Shown here in pieces: positions 9,118-18,511 of a stretch of 64,000 nt of DNA. This DNA is from an uncultured Alphaproteobacteria bacterium (GTDB lineage Bacteria > Pseudomonadota > Alphaproteobacteria > Rhodobacterales > Rhodobacteraceae): contig CAVQSH010000003.1 of assembly GCA_963715835.1 (NCBI GenBank), positions 25,918-89,917 of the forward strand, written 5' to 3'. The notes beneath the pieces were generated by a model. It saw only the letters and a list, made by a program, of their open reading frames with translations. It made no database searches and was not told the DNA's origin. How positions within the stretch are numbered: the stretch's first letter is position 1; the number at the start of each line of letters is the position of its first letter. The translations under genes and the position numbers were made by a program.

Positions 9118-10644
9118 TCAGCCGTCTTCCGGGCCGCGTTGCAGACGGGCCCTGCGCGCCTGCAGCAGGGCATGACCGCCCCCGTGGATCGCCACGATGA
9201 CGGTTGCAAGCAGCAGAGAGGCGATCGGCAGGGCCCATGCCCCCATCACGCTCTCGAGGGCCGCCAGAAGCGACGGGCGCGCCCAGAGCACGAGCAGACC
9301 TGCCGCCAGACCGATCCCGGCCATGACGCCCGCCTCGGCAAGGCGGGAGCCGCTGACAAAACCCCGCCCCCGCGCCGCGCGCCACAGCAAGCCCGCGTAG
9401 AGCGCGATCCCGACCGAGGTGCCAAGCGCCAGCCCGACCGCCCCCCATGCCGGGGCAAGGGTCAGCTTGACCGCGATATTGACAAGGGTGGCCACCACCA
9501 GAAGGCGCAGCGGTGTGCGGGTGTCGCCGCGCCCGTGGAAACCGGCGACCAGCGAGCGAATGGCAAGGGCCGGCACAAGGCCGAGCGCATAGGCCGCAAG
9601 AATGGCCGCCGCCGCCTCGGCCGCCGCGCGATCGAAGGCACCCCGCACGAACAGGATGCGCATCGCCCAATCGCCCAGCGTCACCATCATCACCGCCACG
9701 GGCACGCCCACCACCACACAGATCCAGAGCGCCCGGTCGAGAACGCCGCGCATGCCATCCTCGTCCCCCAGCCCCGCGCGCCGCCCGATGTCCGGCAGGA
9801 TGACCGTCCCAAGCGCCACGCCGATCAGGCCGATGGGCAACTGATAGAGCCGGTCGGCATAGTAGAGATGCGAGAGCGATCCGGCAGGCAGGAAGGTCGC
9901 GATGACGGTATCCGCGAAGATCGCCACCTGCAGCGCGCCCGAGGTCAAGACCGCAGGCCCAAGACGGCGAAAGAACAGGCGGGTGTCCGGGGACAGGCCC
10001 AGCCGGGGCCGCAGCAGCGGCAGACCCGCGCGCCATGTCGCCACGGCCAGAAAGGCGACCTGCGCCACGCCCGACGCCATCACACCCCAGGCCGCCGCAT
10101 GGGCCGCACTGGGAAAACGCGCGGCCAGAAGCAGCGCGCCGATCATGAACAGGTTCAGCAGGATCGGGGCCGCCGCCGGGGCGGCAAAGCGGTCGCGCCC
10201 GTTCAGAAGGGCCGACAGGAAGGCAACCAGCGACATGCAGAGCAGGTAGGGAAAGGTGATCCGCGTCAGCGTGACGACCAGCGGCCATGTCTCATCCACG
10301 GGCGACAGGCCGGGGGCAAGGATCGCCAGCACCCAGCCGGTCGCCCCCAGCGCCAGCGCCAGCAGGACAAGGTTGGCAAGCATCAGCCAGCCCAGCACCT
10401 GCGCGCCCAGCCGCGCGCTGTCGCGCCCGCCTGCATCCGCCGCGGCCCATGTCGGCAGGAAGGCCGCGTTGAAGGCCCCCTCGGCCAGGATCGCGCGAAA
10501 ATGGTTGGGCAGGCGAAAGGCCAGCATGAAGGCATCGGCCACCGGCCCCGCACCCAGCATCGCGGCCAGCACGACATCCCGCAGGAACCCGAGGATCCGG
10601 CTGGCCAGCGTCAGGCCTGAGACGATGCGGAGCTTGCGCAGCAC
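9118..10644 (-). CDS. murJ: MurJ/MviN lipid II flippase family
   Basis: SRILGFLRD, AFRLPNHFRAILAEGAFNAAFLP, LYYADRLYQLPIG. Confidence 0.9.
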   Translation of the reverse strand: MLRKLRIVSGLTLASRILGFLRDVVLAAMLGAGPVADAFMLAFRLPNHFRAILAEGAFNAAFLPTWAAADAGGRDSARLGAQVLGWLMLANLVLLALALGATGWVLAILAPGLSPVDETWPLVVTLTRITFPYLLCMSLVAFLSALLNGRDRFAAPAAAPILLNLFMIGALLLAARFPSAAHAAAWGVMASGVAQVAFLAVATWRAGLPLLRPRLGLSPDTRLFFRRLGPAVLTSGALQVAIFADTVIATFLPAGSLSHLYYADRLYQLPIGLIGVALGTVILPDIGRRAGLGDEDGMRGVLDRALWICVVVGVPVAVMMVTLGDWAMRILFVRGAFDRAAAEAAAAILAAYALGLVPALAIRSLVAGFHGRGDTRTPLRLLVVATLVNIAVKLTLAPAWGAVGLALGTSVGIALYAGLLWRAARGRGFVSGSRLAEAGVMAGIGLAAGLLVLWARPSLLAALESVMGAWALPIASLLLATVIVAIHGGGHALLQARRARLQRGPEDG

Positions 10645-10777
10645 CTTTGGTATCCGTTCGCACTGGAATGGCGCGGCGCACCCTTGCCCGCACCCCCGGC
10701 GGACCTACCCGTTTTCGCGATCCCGCACCACCGGGATAATCACCGGACCCGCGACCGTGCAGGCCGATGCACGGGCG

Positions 10778-11740
10778 TCAGGGGGCCTGCGTGATCAGGC
10801 GGTCCCCGCGCAGAAGGAAGCGCCCGTCGATCCGCAACGCCAGCGGATCACCCGAGATCGGCGGCGCGCCGCCCTCGGGCGGGCGTTGGGCATGGATGTG
10901 CAGATGCGGCTCGGTGCTGGCCCCGGAGTTGCCGACCTCGCCCAGCCGCTCGCCCGTCGACACGGTGTCGCCCGGCGCGACGGTCACGCTGCCCTGCCGC
11001 ATATGGGCAAGGACGATCTCGGCCTCCCCGCAGCGCAGGATGACATGGTTGCCAAGCCGGTTGACCGGGTCCATCTGCGGCACGTTGAAATCCGGTTGCG
11101 CGTTCTCGGTGGCCACCACGACACCGTCGCAGGGCGCGCGCAGTTCCACGCCGAAGATCGCATAGGCGGCGGGATCGGCAGGATGCCAGCCACGGGCGCG
11201 CAGCCCCCATGGTCCAAGGCCGAAGAAATCGACCGCATAGGATTGCCCGCGCCACGCGCGGAACCGCGCGACCTCGGGATCAAGGGTTTTGAGATGCCCG
11301 TTCACCAGCATGGTCGATCCGCCATGCGCCACGAGATAGCGCCCCGGCCCCAGGGGATTGGCGATATCGACGACCGCGACAGGCGGCAGACGTCCCCCCG
11401 CCAGGGCCTGCGCACCATACCAGCCGCCGATGCCCAGCAGGACAACGGACAGGGCCATCCCGCCCCACCCCAAGGGACCCTGCGGCAGAAGGGGCAATAC
11501 GCCTGCTCCCTTGCGGGACAGGACCACGAGGACCGCCACCAGCCAGAGCCCGCCATAGACCCAAGGCAGCCACCAGACCGGCACCGCCCATTGCGCCACC
11601 CGCGCCAGCGCAAACAGGAACGCAGCCGTCCCGGCGGCCTGCATCACGACCCCCGCCAGACTGCCCAAGGGCCAGAACGCCAGCCAGATCAGCAGCGCCA
11701 GCGGCAGGATCACCTGCGTCAGAAGGACCACGGCGATCAT
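10778..11740 (-). CDS. Membrane-anchored M23-family peptidase
   Basis: Several N-terminal TM segments; QSYAVD, GNHVIL, LAHM, GNSGASTEPHLHIH. Confidence 0.85.
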   Translation of the reverse strand: MIAVVLLTQVILPLALLIWLAFWPLGSLAGVVMQAAGTAAFLFALARVAQWAVPVWWLPWVYGGLWLVAVLVVLSRKGAGVLPLLPQGPLGWGGMALSVVLLGIGGWYGAQALAGGRLPPVAVVDIANPLGPGRYLVAHGGSTMLVNGHLKTLDPEVARFRAWRGQSYAVDFFGLGPWGLRARGWHPADPAAYAIFGVELRAPCDGVVVATENAQPDFNVPQMDPVNRLGNHVILRCGEAEIVLAHMRQGSVTVAPGDTVSTGERLGEVGNSGASTEPHLHIHAQRPPEGGAPPISGDPLALRIDGRFLLRGDRLITQAP

Positions 11741-12577
11741 CGGTCCACCTGTGGAAACCTGATCGCGGTCACATCGGCCAGGAAGAAGGGGAAATAGTCA
11801 TCCGTCCCGAACATGTTGCCCGCCTCGACGCGGAACGGCAGGCGATAGCCCTCGACCTCCCTGAAATCGGACATGACGGCCCCGAAGGGCTGCAGACGGT
11901 GCACCTTGTCGGGGTTCGCGTTGCTCCAGCGCTGGAAACGCACCTCGACCGGACGCCCCTGCCCGTCAAGGAGCAGGTCGACCGCCTGTTCCAGATCGCC
12001 ATGCCTGACCGTGACGCGCGCCACGTCCTTGTCCGGCGCCTCCCATGTCACCGCCGGTCCGGGCAACAGCGCCGCCGGGGCCCAGATCGCGGCCTCTGCG
12101 GCATAGCGGCCAAAGGCCGAACGGGTATGATCCGGGTCGCCCCCCAGCCGCGCCACGGGGATCAGGCCGAAGATCCGGAACCGCGTCCACGATCCGGCGT
12201 CCGACCCCGAGACCGGCATCCCCCCGCGCGTCCGCATGGACCAGACAAACCCCTCGGGCACGGCAAGGATCTGGCGCGCCTCCATCGGCTGATAGGCAGG
12301 CTTGTCTTTCGTGCCGAGGCTGAACTGACCCGTCATGTCGATCTCGGTCACCGGCAGGAGCGGTGTTCCGGGCTGGATGGCAAAGGTGAAATAGCGCCGC
12401 GCCGGTTCCGGCAGACCGGCCAGCATATCGACCGAAAAGACTCGTGGCGCAGCAGGCTGCAAGCGCGGCAAGGCGTTGCCATTCGACCCGGTCCGCGTGG
12501 CGGTCCCACACCAGCAAAGCGGCCAGGGCGACAAGGCCGACAACGGCCAGAAGGGCAAGAACGGCGAAAGTCTTCAT
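11737..12577 (-). CDS. DUF6544-like exported protein (one frameshift near 12462)
   Basis: Signal/TM MKTFAVLALL... in one frame joins LPEPARRYFTFAI..RYAAEAAIWAPAALLP in the other. Confidence 0.7.
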
Positions 12578-12791
12578 GGCTCCGATCATTGAAAATCCGC
12601 AACTCTACCTGAACGGCTTTCGCTGCGGCCCGCCATGACCTGCATCAAACAGATGCGCGATTGCCAAGGTCGGGCGGGGGACAGGCGCCCTGGCGATCAA
12701 CGGCGGAAGGCCCCTGCGGTTGCATTTGCACTGGAAGGGGCGCGGTTTCGCCCCATGTCACGCGATGCGCCACAGACAGGGACACCCCGCA

Positions 12792-14132
12792 ATGCCGACC
12801 TGGGACCACGATCCGGATGCCGCCCCCGTGCCGAACGGTCGCCTTGGGCGCTTGTTGCGGCTGGGCGGCTTGACCACGGGCCTTGTGGGCGACATGGCGG
12901 CCAGCGGCCTGCGCCAGATCGCACGCGGAGAGCGCCCGCGCCTGCAGCAGATGCTCCTGACCCCGCAAAGCGCCGCCCGCGTCACCCGCGACCTGCGCCA
13001 GATGCGCGGTGCCGCCATGAAGATGGGGCAGATGCTGTCGATGGACCCCGGCGTCATGCTGCCCCCCGAGATGACCTCGATTCTGGCCGCCCTGCGCGAC
13101 GAGGCCCGCCACATGCCGCCCACGCAATTGCGCGATGTGCTGAACGCCGAATGGGGGCCGGACTGGCGGCGGCGGTTCACCCGGTTCGACGTGCGCCCCT
13201 TCGCGGCCGCCTCCATCGGGCAGGTCCACCGGGCGCGCACCGTCGATGGACGCGACCTTGCGATCAAGGTGCAATATCCCGGCGTGCGCGACAGCATCGA
13301 CAGCGATATCGACAATATCGCGGCCCTGCTGCGCGTCTCGGGCATGGTGCCGCGCGGCATGGACCTGTCCCCGATGCTCGAGGATGCCCGGCGACAGTTG
13401 CACGAGGAGGCCGATTACCTGAGCGAGGCGCGCAACCTGACCGACTTCGGGCAGCGGCTGTCAGGCTCGCAGGATTTCATCCTGCCCGCGCTGCATCCCG
13501 ACCTGACCACGCCGAAGGTGCTGGCGATGACCTATCTGGAGAGTGCGCCGCTGGATGCCCTGCTCGAAGCCCCGCAGGCCCAGCGGGATCAGGCCGCCGC
13601 GCGCCTGATCGAGCTTGTCCTGCGCGAGCTCTTTGTCTTCCGCACCATGCAGACCGACCCGAATCTGGCGAACTACCGTCACGATCCTGTGACCGGCCAG
13701 ATCGTTTTGCTGGATTTCGGCGCGGTCACCCGTCTGGACCCTGCCCAAACGGACAGCTTCCGCTGCCTGCTCAACGCGGCCCTGGACCGCAACCGCGCGG
13801 CGACCGAAGCCGCGATGCTGCGGATCGGCTATTTCGACACCACCACCCAGCCGCATCACCGCGACCTGATCCTGCAAATGTTCGATCTGGCCATGACCCC
13901 GCTGCGCCAGCCGGAACCCTTCGATTTCGGCACCTCGGATCTGGTGGCGCAATTGCGTGACATGGGGCTGGCGCTGGGGCGCGACCGTGATCTGGCGCAT
14001 GTGCCGCCTGCGGACACGATGTTCCTGCATCGCAAGATCGCGGGAATTTACCTGGTCGCCGCGCGCCTCAAGGCACGGGTGCCGGTTGGCCGGATGGTCG
14101 CCCGCTACCGCGACGCCGAGGCGGCCGCCTGA
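12792..14132 (+). CDS. ABC1/UbiB (COQ8-like) atypical kinase
   Basis: MRGAAMKMGQMLS, FAAASIGQVH, AIKVQYPG, QTDPNLAN, LLDFGA. Confidence 0.92.
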   Translation: MPTWDHDPDAAPVPNGRLGRLLRLGGLTTGLVGDMAASGLRQIARGERPRLQQMLLTPQSAARVTRDLRQMRGAAMKMGQMLSMDPGVMLPPEMTSILAALRDEARHMPPTQLRDVLNAEWGPDWRRRFTRFDVRPFAAASIGQVHRARTVDGRDLAIKVQYPGVRDSIDSDIDNIAALLRVSGMVPRGMDLSPMLEDARRQLHEEADYLSEARNLTDFGQRLSGSQDFILPALHPDLTTPKVLAMTYLESAPLDALLEAPQAQRDQAAARLIELVLRELFVFRTMQTDPNLANYRHDPVTGQIVLLDFGAVTRLDPAQTDSFRCLLNAALDRNRAATEAAMLRIGYFDTTTQPHHRDLILQMFDLAMTPLRQPEPFDFGTSDLVAQLRDMGLALGRDRDLAHVPPADTMFLHRKIAGIYLVAARLKARVPVGRMVARYRDAEAAA

Positions 14133-14144
14133 CCGGGCGCACCG

Positions 14145-14663
14145 TCAGTTGGGATAGCCGTATTTTGCGATATGGGCCCAGATGTCCTGATTGATCCGGG
14201 CCAGATCGGTGATCGACTTGCGGATCGTGTCGATCGCCGCCACATCCAGATCCAGCGTTTGCCCCATGCGAATCCCGTCCTTGCGGTCGGCGATGCGCAT
14301 CAGGATGGATTTGGGCGGCCCGCCTTCGGGATCGAAGGCATAGATGCAATGGTTGAAGCGATTGCGCGCCCCCGACAGTTTCATCATCGACCGCGTCAGG
14401 TGCAGGACGGCGTCGCGCTCCTCGGCGTTCTGGTGATCCATCTTGGCCAGACGTTCGACCAGATCGACCCGCGCCCGCGTGGTGTTCAGCGTCAGGAAGA
14501 TGACGATCGCCACATCCTTGGTCGTGCCGGACAGGCCCGCAATCAGATGCAAGAGCAGGCTTTCGGTATTGGTCCAGGTATAGTTCAGACGCCCGACCAG
14601 CAGCAAAATCTCATCGAAATCAGCAGGTTGCGCCGCATTGCTGACGGGCTTCTGAACGCTCAA
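14145..14663 (-). CDS. Hypothetical helical protein with HEPN-like RNxxxH motif
   Basis: 172 aa; TTG start overlaps the LuxR stop; LVGRLNYTWTNTE and RNRFNH (14349-14366). Confidence 0.7.
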   Translation of the reverse strand: MSVQKPVSNAAQPADFDEILLLVGRLNYTWTNTESLLLHLIAGLSGTTKDVAIVIFLTLNTTRARVDLVERLAKMDHQNAEERDAVLHLTRSMMKLSGARNRFNHCIYAFDPEGGPPKSILMRIADRKDGIRMGQTLDLDVAAIDTIRKSITDLARINQDIWAHIAKYGYPN

Positions 14664-15453
14664 CGGCTATCTCCCAACTGGCGGGACAGATACCATGTCG
14701 CGGCCTCTGTCCGGTTGCGCGCACCGATCTTGGTGATCGCGTTATGCAGGTGCAGTTTCACCGTATGCTCGGACAAGGACATCGTATGCGCGATGGTCTT
14801 GTTGCGCCCGCCCTGGGACACAAGGGCCAGGACCTCTTTCTCACGGCGGGTCAGCCCCGGATCGGGTTCCGACCGCCCCGTGTCCGGCGCGGACGATGCC
14901 GCGCCCCGTGTCCCCTGCCCCGACCGGCTGCGCCGCTTCTGCGGGCCGCGCGGCACCGGTCCGGCGGCCTGCGCCATCGGTGGCAGGCTGCATGAGATCG
15001 CCCGCCGCGATGAATTGTCCTGCCAGCACCAGCCGCAGCATCGAGGACCAGGGACAGATCGGCAGGGTCATCGGCAACAGAAGGATATCCATCAGCCGGG
15101 GCGTCTGGCCGCGTTCGTCCAGCAGACGCCGGGCGAAAGCCTGATCACGATAGGCCAGGATCCAGTCCGCCTCGGGCAGGTCTGTCCTGAAGAGGTCGAT
15201 ATTGCGGAAGACCTCGGACGCCAGACGGTCGTCGAAGAAGACCTTGCGCACGCAAATCGTCCGGTCACGCGCCAGAGTCAAGCATGTCCCGCAGCGTCTC
15301 GACACGCAGGGCATGGACACCGCCGGCTTCCTGCTCAGCGATGCGCAGGATCGAATTTGGAAACACCAGAGCACTACCTACAAACACAAAAATATCTGTA
15401 ATACCGCCACGGTTGCAAATAGCCGCAGCATCACTTGTCTCGCGTTCAAACAT
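14660..15453 (-). CDS. LuxR-family regulator with degenerate receiver-like N-terminus (two frameshifts, ~15275 and ~14975)
   Basis: Three consecutive ORF fragments; C-terminal LTRREKEVLALVSQGGRNKTIAHTMSLSEHTVKLHLHN HTH. Confidence 0.8.
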
Positions 15454-15886
15454 GGCACCCCCCCAGGTAGTCAAACGCTGAATATGTCAATAAAATGGCA
15501 GGTTCTTTGAACTCCATATCACTGCTTCACTGAGGAGTTATATAACATTTCGCTAGGCTTCGGAACTAGCCGAACGATTAAGGCCGCAAAAAGGCAGTCC
15601 ATTTCGCGATATGCGCAAAGCCCCGGATGACCGCGATGCACGGCCGATCCCGCAGAGACTGCGCACCCGCACGGCGCGCGCCATGCCCCCGGAATAGCAA
15701 AGCAGATCATGCCGTTAGGTCAACCTGTGGAAGAGAGGCAGCCGGACCTGTTCGCCAGCCCCTCGAAAGGGCATCCCGTACTACTCACTACGAAAAATGG
15801 TCTATTAAAAATTGAGCACTGACTGTTTCCAGTTTTGGAACAATTCTTAAATCTGTTTGGTTTCATGGCGTTGGCCTCGCCCTAAT

Positions 15887-15899
15887 CCTTTGTCCAACT
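15887..15899 (+). promoter_or_regulatory. CCTTTGTCCAACT element, identical to the reverse complement of 1581-1593
   Basis: Exact 13-bp match, in the same orientation relative to the downstream gene as in the peroxidase promoter. Confidence 0.6.
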
Positions 15900-16238
15900 T
15901 CCGAATCCCCGGACGGGATGGGACCCTTCAGATGTCGCCCCAAGAATCCGGGCGCGCATTGGAGACAACTCAATTTCAACGGTCGGAATCGGCCCGCAGA
16001 TGTGACGCGACCACCGGCCAGCAGTGGCCAGCGCCCGGATCAACCGATCCGGACGACGGGTAACTGCACCCAGCCAGAGGAGGACCACAGACACGACCGC
16101 AAGACACGGGCCGATCTGTTGGTATGGCAGTACCCGCACACCAGCCCGGACAGAATTGAACTGAAAACCCAACCATGCCCGGCAGTTGTCACTTTTGAGA
16201 TGATTGGTGACCAGACGGGCAAACTGGAGGACCAAAAC

Positions 16239-18414
16239 ATGGTCAAGAGACAAAACGCCAACCAGAACGTGATGTTCGACGACCTGACCATCGAGGATCT
16301 GGACGCGACCTTCGACACCGATATCAACGTCGAAAGCGCGGATGTGGAGCTTGATGCGCAAGCGCAGGAGCAAAGCACGACCACCGATGTCGATCAGGGC
16401 CAGGGCCAGGATCAAGACCAGGACTCAAGGCCAAGGCCAGGATCAGGGACAGGGTCAGGATCAGGGCCAGGGTCAGGGTCAGGACCAGGGTCAGAGCACC
16501 GAACAGGGCCAGATCCAGGGTCAGACCGTCGACAACAAGAACGGCAATAATGACAACTCCAACGCCAACTCGGTCAGCATCGACTTTGGCGGTGGCGAAT
16601 GGATCCCGCGGGACGATGATGTCGTCGACATCGACCTCGAGGGCGGTTCGTCCATCGACGACGTCTTCGCCGTCGGCGGTGATCTGGAATACGATCCCGG
16701 CAACGATCTGGACCTGAGCGACGTGCTCAATGACCTGACCTTCGGCGCAGGCAACTCCAACGCCTTCGCCATCGGCCAGACCAACAACCTGACCGATAAC
16801 GACCGGCTCGACAGCCCGACCGTCGCCAACAACGCCGACTTCAACCAGAATGGCGATGCAACCGGCGGCACGGCTTCGGCCGAAGAAGGTATCGGCATTT
16901 CTGCCGATGGCGCGGAAGGTGGCGGTGACGCCGATGCCGATGGCGGCGACGCCACAGGTGGCGCGGCACTTGGCGGCTTTGCCGCAGCCAACACCGAAGG
17001 TCTGAGCGCAGGCGGCTCGGGCGATGCAGACAGCGGCGATGCCGGTGATGCAAACACGATCGGCGGCTCTGCGCTTGGTCTGGCCTCGGGTGAGGCTGGC
17101 ACCGACAGCGACAGCGCAGGCGGTGAAGGCGGCGGTGCCATTGCGGCCTCGGGTGCCAACAACGCTGGCAGCAACGATCAGGACGGTGACGCCACGGGTG
17201 GCGACAGCGGCGAAGCCTCTGCACTGGGCGTTGGTCTTGGGGTCGGCCTTTCGGGCGCCGAATCCGCGGCCTCCGACGCTGATGGTGGCGACGCGGGTGC
17301 CGATGGCGGCGGTCTGGGCCTTGGCCTGTCCGGTGCGGGTGCCCTGTCGGGCGGCGGCACGGGCGGCGGCTCGCTGGCTGGTGCCGATGCTGACACCGGC
17401 GCGGGTGCCGGAACCATCACCGGGGCCGATGGCGGCACGGGCGGCGACTCGGGCGCTCTGGGTCTGGGCGCAGGCCTGGCCGGTGCAGAAGTCCGATGCC
17501 GACAGCCAGTCCAACGGCGGACCGGCTGGTGCGCTGGCCGGAACCCTGGGCGGCGGTCTGTTGTCCGCAGCCCTGGCCAATGCCGAGGGCGGTGATTCCG
17601 GCAGCGGAGCCACATCCGGCGACGCGGCGGGCACCGGCACCGGCACGGGCAGCGGCAGCTCCAACGGTGGTGACGTAGGCGCCACGGATGCCACGGCGGC
17701 AATGCAGACGCCGCAGCCGATGGCATGGCCGATGCCGCCAGCAATGGCGGTGCGGGTGGCGGCGGCTTGGCCGACGCAGCCTCGAACGGGACCGGAACCG
17801 GGACCGGGACAGGTGGCGATGCAGCCGGCGGTGCCGCCGGAAACGCATCCGACGCGATGTCCGATGCGACGGCTGACGGGGCTGGCAATGCCGGGGCCGA
17901 CAGCGGTAACGGCGGCCTGGCAGAGGTCTTCGCGACCAGCGACATCGACGGCACGGCCGACAGCATGGCCGATGCGATTGCCGGATACGGTGGCGCAGGC
18001 TGGTCCGATGACGATGCCAGCAACTCCACCGGCGTGACCGGAACCGCCACGACCAGCGGCGGCAACGGCGGCGGCTCGGGCATGGCCGAGGCCATCGGCG
18101 GCATGGGTGGCAACGTCATGGGTGGCGACGCCACCGGTGGTGCCGGCACCGTGGGTGACGCACTCGGCGGCTTTGGCGGCAACGCCACGACCGGCGCGGG
18201 CGGCATGGGCGGCAATGGCGGCTCCTGGGGTTCGGGCAACGGGGACGACGGTTTCGTGACCGGCGAATCCTACGCCTCGGCCGCAGCAGCGGTGAACGTC
18301 ACGGCATTCAACCAGAGCATCGTGATGGGCGCCAACGTGCTGGGCAACTCGGTCGACATGACTGTTGTCGGCGGCGGCCTGACGTCGACCGCGATCGGCG
18401 ACGACGACCTCTGA
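16239..18414 (+). CDS. ~724-aa acidic Gly/Ala/Asp-rich secreted structural protein (PE-PGRS-like composition); three frameshifts (~16424, ~17491, ~17694)
   Basis: GGAGG RBS + ATG at 16239 (MVKRQNANQN); joins ORF pieces 15918, 16342, 17024 and 17725; QGQGQDQ tract, GGDA repeats, C-terminus FNQSIVMGANVLGNSVDMTVVGG; no signal peptide; upstream of the T1SS. Confidence 0.8.
16395..16524 (+). repeat. Coding 6-bp tandem repeat CA(G/A)G(G/A)N encoding (QG/QD)n
   Basis: cagggccagggccaggatcaagaccag...caggatcagggacagggtcaggatcagggccagggtcagggtcaggaccagggtcag. Confidence 0.85.
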
Positions 18415-18511
18415 GGCCGACAGATCAAGGTGTGGGGCCGGCCTGTCCGGCCCCACACCACCCAAGGCACCGCACCAGCCGGTGCGATGAGCAAAGACGG
18501 GGGATCAGAGC

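Noticed and set aside
15866-15880. Sigma-54 promoter (TGGC-N7-TCGC)
   Set aside because: GG-N10-GC spacing fits, but the match to TGGCAC/TTGC is poor; not supportable.
16395-16524. Possible CRISPR or non-coding repeat array
   Set aside because: 6-bp period with no unique spacers and no cas genes; it encodes QG/QD.
16600-18300. Classical RTX toxin or mycobacterial PE-PGRS assignment for the Gly-rich protein
   Set aside because: No run of canonical GGxGxDxLx nonapeptides and no PE domain; the resemblance is compositional only.
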